64,000 nucleotides of DNA from Blastocladiella emersonii ATCC 22665 (Eukaryota; Fungi; Blastocladiomycota), in contig JANHCV010000005.1 of the NCBI GenBank assembly GCA_025594325.1, positions 1,674,001 through 1,738,000 of the forward strand. The letters run 5' to 3'. Positions 44,194-55,453 of the stretch are shown here, one piece after another. The translations under genes and the position numbers were made by a program. Under the pieces are notes generated by a model, which saw nothing but the letters and a program-made list of their open reading frames with translations, searched no databases and was not told the DNA's origin. The first letter of the stretch is position 1. Each line of letters starts with the position of its first letter.

Positions 44194-45934
44194 TCATTCC
44201 GTGCAATGCCAGTGTGGAATGTATTTAAACTGAAATGCGGGTCACCAAGCCCATGAACTCCCAGGAGCCGTACCGCACTAAGCCTCGATACCAGTAGTTC
44301 CCAAATGGTCTCACCTGAGGGATGTGGGTCTCCCCGAACGACAAACCCAGCTCGCTGCCCTCCTCGATTGACGTGATGTACTGCACAAGTTGGGGAATGC
44401 AGGCGGCCGTGATGGGATTCTCGTCGAGCGCGAGCGCCGTGATTCGCGGAGATAAACGTTCCGCCAAGATGGCCACGTCCGCATCGGTGAGACCCACCGC
44501 GCAGAGGTACAGGGTCGTGAGCTGCGAGAGCCGATCAACTGACAAGACGAGTTTGCGGCAGTCGCGGGCAGTTGCAGTGGTTAGCGAGGCGTGGCCTTTG
44601 CCGTGGAGTTTCAGGCTATGAAGCTGGTCGGGGAGTCCGCGCGCGAGGCTCGCGAGATCGTCGTTGTTGGGATCGCAGAACATGAGGTTGAGGCTGCTCA
44701 GAGTGGCGGGAAGGTGCGGAATCAACGCAGCCATCGAGCCGCCGGCAAAGCCGTTACTAGACAAATCGAGGAAGTCGAGCGACGCGGGAAGAGCTTGAGC
44801 AAGCTTCTCGAGGGCTGCAGTATTCAGACCGCTTTTGGCTATCTTAAGCGATTCGGTCGAAGCCGGGAGCGAGCGAAGAAGTGCAGCAAAGGCCGGAGGC
44901 ACCAAGTTGTCGGACTCAGTGTGGGCAGTGAAAATGCACCCGGAGAAGTAGAGGTCGTAGAGCGATGCCGGAAGATACGTGAACAAGGTCGTCGACTCGA
45001 CAAGCTCGCTGAAGTCGTAGTCGAGGAAGCGCAGGACCTCGAGACCGGCCGGGAAGAGACTGCCAAACGCTGCATCGGAATGCTGGTCGACGCAGGAGTT
45101 TTTGAAAGTCAGCGCGGTCACGGAATCGGGGAGCGAATGACCAGGAGAAGCATCGGGAGCTCCGCAGGGCAGGTCGTGTCGAAGAGCCTCGAAGTCGAAC
45201 GTCGTGACGTTGGCCGACGGCGGAAGCGTGATTGAACGGACGGCATCGATTGACAGGTTGCACGGATCAAAGTGAAAACCCCTGAGGGCCTGGCAGTTGT
45301 GCGAAAGCGCGCCATTGAGGGCCTCGATCCCGCTGGCCGTCAGCCGGCCACCCTTGATCGAGAGGTAGTCGAACTGGCCCGCGGTGATGGCCGCGAGGTT
45401 GCGGTTGATATACTCGTCGCCGGGCTCAACGAAATTGTCGGGAAGCTATGAAGCATGCGTTAGTATCCGTCGGTTAAGTTCGTCGCTAAAAGCACGTACA
45501 ATCCGAAGCTCCACCATCTCGGCGATCGCCCGCGCCCCAACCACACCCGCGACGACACGGAATTCAGTTGCTTGAAGCTCGCCATTGTAGGGCGGAAGAG
45601 GAAGTCCGGAGTCGCGCCACCAGTCGAGTACTCCGTAGTGGTTGTTGCGAGCGGCCCCAAGCAGTGCTTTGGCCGAATAGCGCAGCATAGACGCCGATTC
45701 GCACCAGAGCTCAAGAATTTTGAGGTCCCCACGCGTGCTCGCCTCGTCAATTGACAGCAAAGGGCAGCGCTGCAAGACGACGCCCGTGACGCGCGGGATG
45801 TCGGCGCGGCGCATGACGCGCGCGTACTGCATGAGCCCGACTAAGTCGTTTTCGTCGTCGTGAAGCTCGACGGCGTAGCAGAGCACGGCTTCGATGATTT
45901 GCGGCAAGTCGAGGCCCTTCATTTTTGCATTCAT
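44194..45934 (-). CDS. F-box-like/ankyrin-like + RNI-like LRR protein, copy b
   Basis: Exon 1 has LDLPQIIEAVLCYA...VLDWWRDSGLPLP. An intron (about 45500-45448) joins in frame to LRRs (LPASLDFLDLSSNGF, LPATLSSLNL). A short third exon is likely. Confidence 0.8.
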
Positions 45935-46176
45935 TGGTTTCTCATCAGGTTCAGCGAGGAGAGCCGACGTGGGAACGCGACTCGTCGTGCGGTCGGGTCA
46001 GTCCGCTTCAGCTCACGTGGGTCAGACGTGATAACCCGACGCGTCTCGCGCCTCACCAAAGGTGCTGGCCTCGCATCTCGCGCTAACTCAACCGCGAGCA
46101 GGAGACGGTATTGGTGAAGACATTGCTCAACGCCACTACTGGCAATACAACAGAACATGGTCAAACACCACATGCA

Positions 46177-48452
46177 TCAATCAATCTCAATAATACGGTC
46201 GTCCACCTCCTCATCAAGCGAATGGGCGTTCGAAGCGGGGCCGCTCGGAACACGCGCGTCATTGGCTGATTTACGCGGCTCAACCGTATGCGGAGGCGCG
46301 ATAGGGACCTTGTACTGCGCGCCGCGGCTCGCGTACAGGGGAAACATGTAACAGCGCTGCATGGCGTCGCTCAACTGGGCGTGGAAGCTAGGTTTGAACG
46401 TTCTGCGTCCATCCACTTTCTCGTGCTTGGTCACTGCGTAAGCACCTTCGTGAAGGCAGTCGAGTAGGCAAAAAACGTAGGGCCGGCGAATCGCAGGGGA
46501 ATTGACCGCGCGTGGGGGCCATATGCACGATACTCGGGAGCAATTTGATCGAGGGAGTCAAAAGGTTTTCCATCCTGCGAGTCATGCCGGGGGAAGAGGC
46601 GCGTTTTCATAACCGTGCTGAGATCTAGGACAGGAGTGTGCGCACGCGACGCGTCAGTGGGTGGGAGAACGAACAGATGGTGCAGGAGCAGGACGCAAAA
46701 AAAGATGGGTTGCTCAAGGTCAGGCTTTGCGTCGTCGAAGACAATCTCCACAACCCGCTCGCCGCGCGCATAAGCGTTGAACAGGCGTGCGATCATGACA
46801 CGGAGAAAAGCCGTCTGCTCCCAAGCTGATGGAAACGCCAAGCGTTCGAGGCCACGGAGAGTATCGCCGACGCCTTCCATATTGCGTTCGAGCGCAAGCA
46901 ACGCCGCATGCTGGTCAAAGCGACAGATCGCATAGCGCGGATGAAGCTTTGCGTGGTTGTGAGTGGTCGGGGCAAGCGGGCCAAAAATCAAGTCAGGAAA
47001 TTCTGGGGACACCCCGCACACAAGGGCAGGTGACATATCGCGCGAAACGGTGATCTTGACAACGCGCTGCTGTCTTTTGCATTCAATCGATTTGATCGCC
47101 GCGCGATACGGGAGTCGCAGTGTCTGCTCCTTGCCGCTCACCATAAATTTGATCAGACTGGAAGCGCGCTCTAATATCACACCCGCTGGTGCGCTTTGTT
47201 CGATTTGATGGACGCGCCCACAAAGATGCGCGTCAGTGAGCGTAAGGGTGATCGAAAGCTTGTTGCCCGACTCAATGGCGCCCACAATTGGCAGAGTCGG
47301 TTGCGAATCAAGGTCCCGTTTGGAGCACATCAAGCAGACGATGGCGTTAAGCGCGTTGGCGATGATGGTGAAAACGCTTGGTGGACGACGAAAGAAATTG
47401 CAAGGGCCGAAAGCCTCCGCTAGAGTCTCAACGTATTGACAAAGCCGGCGCTCGAGACCCTCGTACACATCGTAAACGTTGACCTGGAAGACGTCAGGCG
47501 GGGAGAAGGCAAACGGGGCGTAGAACGAAAGCGCACTGTTTGCGCCGACAAGAAGCATGGTCGGATTGACAACGAGGTCGTTACGTGCGCCAACGTAGTC
47601 GCCAGTCAAATCGCTTCCTTCCTTGGTAAAGAAGGTGCTGCTGACAAGAAGCGATCGGACTTCCCGCTCGAACTTGGCCCGCTGGTCGCCAGCCGGGAAG
47701 CGTTCGCCGTGAACGCTGCGTGCGGTATCGATAATCCGATCAAAAGCCGTTTGGGCGTGATCATCGTGATCCTGGCCAGCATGAACACGCGCAAAGTAAG
47801 CGCCACGCTCCTCGTTGAGCTTGTCGAGGGACCAGTCGCACGCAAGCCACGACTGCCAGCAGTGGCGAATGGCACGCAGAGTGTCGTCGTCGAGCACGCG
47901 CAACTGCGCGTCCGGGCGGTCCCAAGTCGCACTCAAGCATGCGCGCATTTCGGCGGCCCAGAAATCACGAGTTGTGGGTTCGAGGAAAGTGGAGTACGTA
48001 AGCTGGCCGATGTGGCGGACAAGCTTGGACTTTGCCAACGTCGGTTGGTTCGCAACAGCGTGTAAAACGAGGAGGTTGCGGGCGAGCACTTCGGGGTGCG
48101 CGTCGCTCAAAACGAAAGAGAGCGGGGATATCCACGCAGCTCTACAGATTCATGGTAGGTGCGTGCAACATCACGAAGATCGCCACACTGGAAAACGAGC
48201 GCATCAAGGCGCCTCCCCAAAGGCCGATGATGAAAAAAAGAGGTCGCGCGCATACGACCGACCATAAGGGTAGTAAGGGTCGACAGTAGTGTCGCTGAGT
48301 GCAAGCGTCGCGCACGTTAGCGACGGCGAGGTTGTCGAGTGAGCCACTGGCTCGATAGCAGGGCCGACCTTGGGGTCGGCGCTGCTTTCGGATTCAACAG
48401 CAGCCGGGCTGTCGCCGGTGCGATTGCGATAAGTCTTTTTCCTTTGCTTCAT
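46177..48452 (-). pseudogene. DUF4470-domain protein, copy 3 (frameshifted, internally deleted)
   Basis: MKQRKK start at 48452 and LVFQCGDLRDV...EVLARNLLVL. Frameshifts near 48235 (T run), 48125 and 46450. Confidence 0.75.
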
Positions 48453-48481
48453 GGTAGTGGGGTTCATGGGCGAGGGGACAA

Positions 48482-48546
48482 GAGGGCGGCCCCAGGGGGG
48501 CGACAACGGCCATCCGCGTGCCATAAAGTCGAGTGGCTGCCACTCC
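48482..48546 (+). repeat. left TIR and subterminal motifs
   Basis: GAGGGCGGCCCCAGGGGGGCGACAAC vs right-end reverse complement CAGGGCCGCCCCAGGGGGGCGACAAC; CGCGTGCCATA (48515-48525) and CTGCCACTCC (48537-48546). Confidence 0.85.
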
Positions 48547-48656
48547 TTTCAACGCGTCCCCCACGCGTCTCGCTCGCGCGCGGCGGTCAGCTTACCCTCC
48601 CGTCGACAGCTCCTTCCGCTTCGCTCATCGTGCATGAACGACTCCCACTCTATGCA

Positions 48657-51600
48657 ATGAAATGGCCACTCCATGAACATGTGATGTCGGAGAACAAGTT
48701 CCGCGAACTTATGCTCGAATTCATGACCCCGACCGACATCACGCGCGTCATGACGTTCCGGCGACGCGTCGCCCGCGAGGAGGCGCAGATGTTCCGAGAG
48801 ATCCTGCGCCAGTCGACTACCGCGCGAATCGAGCACTGCCACCGCCGCGCCCTCGCCCTCGCTGGCCCGCAGGACCATCCAACTGCTTGGGATGCGGCGC
48901 GGGGCGCGGCGCTCGGCACGTTTGCGCGCGCCGAGTCGGACCTGGAGCGTAACCTCGCTAGCGCCATCCAGGAGGTGAACGCGCGGTACGAGCTGCACAT
49001 GCACAAGGCCGACTGGTACTGGGGGTACCGCGTGTGGGACGAGCCGACGCGCTACTGGCTCGCGTCCATGCAGGAGTACGAGACGGGTGTGGTCGAAAGT
49101 CGAGAGGGCGGTGGAACGTCTCCGCGCGACGGACGTTTGCACCTCGAGCCCCGACGTGCCGAGTTTTGTCCCGCTCATCTCCTACTCGGAGCTACCCTCG
49201 AGTCCATCGACTTCTTCTGCCGAGCTCGTCCAAGAGCTGGGCTCCGGCTCGGGCACAACGGCCGCACCCGCGCCGGCGTACGGTCTCCACGCGCCCGCCG
49301 ACCTCGCCGGCGCCACGCACGGCCTCGACGCGCCCGCCGACCTCGCCGGCGCCACGCACGGCCTCAACGCGCCCGTCCACCTGCCCGCTGCGGCTCCCGG
49401 GTTCCACACGCACGCCGCTCAACCTGCCGTCGCGGTCGGGTTCGGTGTCCCGCTCGCCCAACTCGGGCCTCTCGCCGCTGCCGCCGCCCATCAACTGGAT
49501 CCGTTCCTGTAAGCTCAAGCTCAACTTCGAGATCCGCATGGCTTCGCTGTCGTGCAAGCAGCAGCCGCTGTCGCGCTCGTTCTCGAACTTGACCTCCCAT
49601 CATTGTCCATTGCCCGCATGATTTCCTCCCTGTATATACTCAGATCTATTCACCGTCCAATGCTTCACTCCCTTGTTCGCCACGCTGCGCTCTTCGACGT
49701 GCGGCGGGTCCAAGGACGTGCAGTCGCTCGCCATTCTTGCCGTGCAGATCGAGGACAAGGAGGGCATCGAGCTCCTCATCCAGCTGGCCACGGCGCTGTC
49801 CAAGGACGGCGTGCTCCCCCGCAAGCAGTTTATGTTCCTACATATTCGCGACCAAGTCCGCGGCGTTCTCGGCATCACGACCACGTTTTACGATCCCGCG
49901 ACGATCGAGGAGTGGTGCTACTTCCACGCCGAGGGCGGCGGCCACAAGGCGTTCCGGTACCTGCGCGGGCCCGGAAAGGCCGTGCCCGCCGGCCTGACCA
50001 ACGGCGTCCGTCACAACGCACACGGCACCCCGCACCTCATCAACCTGTTCATCCCGGACACGCGCACAGTGCAGCGCAAGGCCAAGCAGGACCTGGACAA
50101 GAAGAACCCGATCGGGCTCCAGTACGGCCGCATCAAGGACGTGGTCAAGTACGTGACGGGGCAGAAGGCCAAGGGCAACATTGTGGAAGCGTGTGTCGCG
50201 TTCGACGGCACGGACAAGCCCGACGAGCCGCGTCACTATGAGGACAGCATCGTCCAAGGCGGCCCAGAGTTTGGTAACCTCGACATGACGTTCAAGCTTC
50301 TAGCGGAACCCAGTGCGGCTCGCTTCGTGCGTTTTTGTCGCTCGATACGCGCGCCCTGACGTCCCGATCCGCGTGTAGTCCACGACGAGCGCTTCAAGGA
50401 CGCGTCCGACCCCAAGTTCGCGCTCCCCGTTGAGCTGATCGACAAGCTCAAGGTCGACGAGCTCAACGACGCGTGCGATGCGGCCGAGCAGGCCGTGTCC
50501 GAGTTCCACGCCGCGCCAGCCGCAACAGCAGCAGCCGCGGTCGGGTCGGAGAGCGGCGGCGCGGCACCAGCACCGGCCACCGCCCTCCCCGGTTTCAACG
50601 AGAAGGACAAGCTTTGCAAGTGCGCGCAGCAGGTCATCGACACGCTGCGCTACCTCTGCGAGCGCGCGAACGTGTACTCGGAGGCGCTCGCTGAAAAAGA
50701 GGAGAGGAAGCGGAGCAAGCTCGAGAGCCCCGAGACCTCGGACGCCTCCAAGGAGAAGGCCAAGGTGGCCCTCGCCAAGCTGAGCGCCAAGCGCAGCCGT
50801 GTCCACATGTACCGCTCAACAGGTTTGTGGTCGGCGATCATGACCGCTTACATTTGCTGTGTCTAATTAGGAACATTTCCTGGCTCGAGCTCCACGCGCA
50901 GCAGCTCGAACAGCAGATGGCCATGGTCATGACTGAGCAGGTTCCGGTTCAGCGCCTGACCAAGGTTGCCCTTGATCTGCTGCAGCTCATCATCGAGGCG
51001 CGCGACGGTGCCCACGACGCGCTCGTGGCCGTCACCGCTGCGGCGACGAAAATTCTCGTCTTCACCGTGACCGACGCGCTCAACAACCTGCAGTTCGTGG
51101 TCGCTCGCCTTCTCGTCGCATCCGAGTCCGCCAGCATCATTCTACCCGTACTGCGGTACATCAACTACGAGCTCAAGAAAGCTGGTATCTCGGTGGCCGC
51201 CCAAGCGTACGTTCTCCTCGTCCCACATCAGCGGCGCTTGCTGACAGCGAGTTTGCTTGTATAGGAGCGACGGCTCGAACGCCAACTGCCTCATGGGTCG
51301 CGGACCTGGCGCGGCGTGCTACCCGCAGATGGTTCGTGACGCGCAAGCGCAGTGGAAGAACATGGAGGAAGATGCGCTGCGCGAGTGGTTCAACTGCAAC
51401 GTCGATTCGGCCATGTCGCTGCTCAACAACTCGAGCGACGTCAAGGCCAAGTGGAATGAGCACTACTTCACGACCTGGAAGAAGGACGTGCACATCAAGG
51501 CTATCATCGAGGTCCGCGACAAGCTGAGACGGAGCCCTTCCGCGACGGTCACACAGGCGGCGTTCACGAGCGTGCAGACGGTGCTGTGGATCGACGCGCG

Positions 51601-52624
51601 CCTGAAGCTCAACCCCAAGCACGACGTACGGCGAGTACCATGGGTTCCTGTCATTCGAGTCGGGCTCGACGGTCAGCTGCACGAGATCGTGACGGTGCAC
51701 GACCGCGACCACGCGTTCAAGCGCGCCGCGATCCACTTCAGCGAGAGCTCCATTGAGGGCAAGACGGACCACACGCTGATCGACAAGATCATCAAGCTGT
51801 TCCCCGAGGTGCTCGGCCCAAAGTGGAAGAAACGCGATCGACAAAACGTTCCCGAGACGCTAAGGCTGTTCTCAATGGAGTGCATCGACAAGGTGCGCGA
51901 GGCGGCCGGACCCAACAACGAAAAAGGTACTGGACTCTGCATCATCCTCAACACCTGCCGCAAGCTCCAGGACGCGATGAACAGCTCCAACCTCGGCATT
52001 GAGCAGCGGCACCAGCTCGTCGACGAGGCCGGCAGCATCTTCTACCTCGCGTTCCTCGAGAAGTGGTGTTTGGCCAATGGCGGGTCGCCGACCAAGTACG
52101 TGTCCGGCATCCCCGCCTGCACCATCACGGCCCTGTTCAGCATCATCGGCGCGTTCAAGGCCTTTGACGAGCGCTACGCTCGCGCCAACCCAGAGCCGAA
52201 CGCCAAGCCGTGGCGCCAGCGCTTCCTCACCACCGACATGGTCGAGGCGTACTTCTCGGGCTGCCGCAACGCGTGGGGCCAGGACGGGCGCGCCAAGTCC
52301 AACACGCTGCCGCGCATCGTGATCCTGCTCGCCATGAGCAAGGCCGACCACTCGGCCGAGCAGCTCGCGAAGCCGTTTGACGAGCGCGGCGGGTTCGTCG
52401 GGTCCTCGTCGCGGCACTCGATGATCGGCGGGTACAAGCGCAACACGGGCGTGTGGGGGACGATGCGCGGCGAGGGATGGGCACGCGGCACTCCGATCGC
52501 TCCCGCCGCCCCCGCCGACCGCCCGCGCAAGCGCCCAGCAGACGAAGTCGAGGGCGGCATCGAGTCGAGACCGAGCAACCGCGGCTTCCACCGCAACGGC
52601 ACTCATGTGGGTCCCCAGTCGTAG
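48657..52624 (+). CDS. P-element/THAP9-like DDE transposase (multi-exon; 5' exons uncertain)
   Basis: Exons 49643-50312, 50379-50808, 50871-51206 and 51265-52624 join in frame through canonical GT-AG introns. Motifs FRYLRG...IPDTRTV, VAFDGTD (D 50204), AGISVAAQASDGSN (D 51269), DRDHAFK (51701), DRQNVPETLRLFS, TTDMVEAYFSGCR (E 52244). Confidence 0.75.
49280..49378 (+). repeat. 39-bp tandem repeat inside the transposon
   Basis: About 2.5 copies of ACGGCCTCGACGCGCCCGCCGACCTCGCCGGCGCCACGC. Confidence 0.8.
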
Positions 52625-52857
52625 GCACAGTCGGCGAGATCATGCCGGGCGCAGCTTCGCGCCGCGCGCCGAGTCCAACGGGTCACGGGCCCGCGAGGGA
52701 AGTCAGAGATCGGGCAGTTGCAGCAAGAGAGAACATTTTTGTAATGCATAGTTATCATGTTTATTGCGATCCACGGGCTTGCCGAGGTCGAAGAGAGAGA
52801 GAAAAGCGGCCGAGGCGATCTGGCGGGTGGCGCAAGCGGAGGCCTGAGAGGCGGATT

Positions 52858-52947
52858 GGAGTGGCAGTCTATGGCACGCGTCGGCTTCCCTGTGTCGATC
52901 ATCGCTTCCACAGCGCGCGCGGTTGTCGCCCCCCTGGGGCGGCCCTG
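52858..52947 (-). repeat. right TIR and subterminal motifs
   Basis: GGAGTGGCAG (52858-52867), TATGGCACGCG (52870-52880) and the terminal repeat at 52919-52947. Confidence 0.85.
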
Positions 52948-52991
52948 CAACGAGATCAGGGTTTGACGCAACTTCGAAACTCGCCGGGCAT

Positions 52992-53022
52992 CACGTGACG
53001 CAGGCGTGATATCCCAACGCGT
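52992..53022 (-). promoter_or_regulatory. shared CACGTG / GATAT / ACGCGT upstream module; displaced promoter of DUF4470 copy 3
   Basis: CACGTGACGCAGGCGTGATATCCCAACGCGT aligns with 46014-46044 and, inverted, with 40059-40090 upstream of DUF4470 copy 2. Confidence 0.55.
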
Positions 53023-53529
53023 CTCTCACTCAGCTTTCTTGTGCTTTCTGTGAGGCCCAATTACCAGTAGTTCCACCCATAACTCCGTTCGGTCGCTAAT
53101 TGTGCGGTACTTTGTCCAAGTGCCCTCCCACTGCGATCAACTGGCACAACGGACACCCAATCGACGCGTGATGCATGAACTTCATGGTTTATGAGCTGGG
53201 AGGCCCGAAACTTGCTTCAAGTGTAGCGCTTACTATGATAGTACTTTGGACCCTCGATGTGCAGATGCACTCGTGAGAGGAGTCGCAACACGTCAGGAGT
53301 CAGGAGCGCGTTGGGGCCGACACGACGCACCTAGTTCTGGCTTCTGCGCGTCACGGCGATCGTGAACCAACAAAATGCGCTTTGCTCAACGAAGGGGCGC
53401 GACGATTTGGATCCCCCTCGTCCTCGCGTCACGCGACAAGTTTTCCGCCAAGAAAGCAGTCGAAGACGTTGCCGTTTGCGTCGCACGCCATGATTCACTC
53501 GTTTTTTTTTTCCCTTTTCTTTGCCCAAT

Positions 53530-55245
53530 TTAATTGTTCATATTCAGCTCCCACCAGAATTGATAAGTCCGAAAATAATCGCTTTCAGCTGCAAACTTGA
53601 AGAGTGTACCCTCCGCGCTCATGGTGAGTTGAGTGTTGCTGATGGACATTTTCAGAAGGTGAGTTTGGCGGCCGGCAAAGCTCAGTAGTGGAGCAAGGCT
53701 GGAATCGGATATCGGGTTTTCGTCCAAGGCTAACACACCCATGTTGCACGGGAGGTGGTCCAGCATGGGGATCAAATCAGCGTCGGTCAATCCGAGCCCA
53801 AGGAGCCAGACTTCGTGAATGTGGGGTCGTTGCGCGATGGAGCGACAAAGATTCCGGCGGTCTGGGTTGTCCGCACGCCGCAGTACATCGTTTGGGACGT
53901 TATTGTACAGCCGAAGCGCAACTAGATTCTGCGGGAGTCCAAGCGTCAGGGTCGCGAGGTCGTTGTCATTGAGCGCAAAATGCATCAGATCGAGCTCAAC
54001 GAGGGTTTCGGTGAAGTGCGGGGCGAGGAATGGCATGAGGCCGGGAGGAAGCCCGTTCTCTTGAAGTCCAAGCGCCACGAGTGCCGGGGGAAGGCAAGAA
54101 GCGAGTGCATGGATATCCGCAGCAGTCAAGCTACAGTTGTCGAGGTCGAGAGACCGAAGCGATTCGGGTAATGAGCGGAGGAGTGCGGCAAATGCTGGAG
54201 CAATCTGCGCTTCGACAGTGTTCGATCTGCACCCGAAACTGCAGTTCACGAACACGAGATCGCGGAGGCACGCAGGAAAATACGTGAAAAAGGTTGTCGA
54301 GGCCGCGAGCTGACCGAAGTCATACCGATAAAAGTTCAAGTTTGAAAGCTGTTGCGGGAAAAGAATGGCGAAGGCCACGTCGCGGTGGGAGTCAATCGAC
54401 GAGCATTTGAAGGTGAGCGTTTCGAGCGAATTTGGAAGCGGGGCACCAGGTGCAGCGCGCGGCGCGTTGCGAGGGGCGTCGTGGCGCATACTCGAAAACG
54501 TAAGCTTCTTGAGTGTCGGTGGAAGCACAAGGTACCTGGCGGACTCTGGCGTCATGTTGCAAGGGCCGAGGTCCAAGCTCCGAATTTGCTGCCTTGGTTT
54601 CGACAGCGCAAGATTTAAGATGGAGATGCCGGTGGCAGACAGCCGGCCTGAGTGCAACGTCACCGCCTTTAACGTGCCGTTAGCGATTTCTTTGAATTCC
54701 CAGAGGACGCCTTCGTCGCCAGGCTCCATGGCCGTAGCGGTAAGCTAGCGTCGAGCAGCGGTCAGAGCTTGCATCAGGGGGAGCTGGTTTGTAGCGACCA
54801 CACGCACCGACTGCTTATGTCGCATCTCAGCGGTCGCACGGGCCCCGACCACGCCTTCCACGACTGAAAACGCCCGCAGGTCGTCGGATCTGTACGACAA
54901 GTCGTCCACCGTGGGCAACGGAAGGCCTGAGTCGCGCCACCAGTCCAAGACGTTGAAGCGGTACGCGCGGCCCGCTCCCAAAAGCGCTTCGACCGTGTAT
55001 TTCAAAGGCAGTCCCGATTGACGCCACAAGTCGAGCGCGGCTACGTTTCCGCGCTTGCTTGCTTCATCCATGGAGAGAAGTGGACAGGTTTGCAAGATGG
55101 CGCGTGTGACGCGCGGGATGTCGGCGCGCCGCGTGACCCGCGCGTACTCGGCAAGCCCGCGCAGGTCGTTAGGGTCGTCGTGCGCCGCCACGGCGTAGCA
55201 AAGGACCCGCTCAATAACATGCGGCAAGTTAAGTTTGCAGTCCAT
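53530..55245 (-). CDS. F-box-like/ankyrin-like + RNI-like LRR protein, copy c
   Basis: LNLPHVIERVLCYA...SMDEASKRGNVAALDLWRQSGLPLKYT; conserved intron ending at 54745; LRRs LPESLRSLDLDNCSL and LPPALVALGLQENGL. Confidence 0.82.
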
Positions 55246-55453
55246 TGGTTTCCATTACTTGCGGTGTCGGGGTGGGGAGCGGCCGTTTAACGCTGGATCC
55301 GTCGCGAAATTATGTCTCCACCCGCGCACGTGACAGGCGTAATTTCTCGACGCGTTCCAGCGCGTTTCGTGGAAGGCTCACAACGCCGAGAGCCGAAATG
55401 ACGAAGGGATTAACAAAAATATATCAACATCAACATGAGACCACCTATTCGAG

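Larger units (their letters stand above)
48482..52947 (+). mobile_element. TIR DNA transposon with P-element-like DDE transposase
   Basis: Imperfect TIRs of about 29 bp at 48482-48510 and 52919-52947, plus two subterminal inverted motifs; CAA on both flanks; spliced transposase gene inside. Confidence 0.8.

Noticed and set aside
48474-52955. 8-bp P-type target site duplication, or Academ/Harbinger/CACTA assignment from the 3-bp flank
   Set aside because: The 8-bp flanks differ (GGGGACAA vs CAACGAGA). The transposase lacks the motifs I associate with those superfamilies, and there is no TWA target or CACTA terminus.
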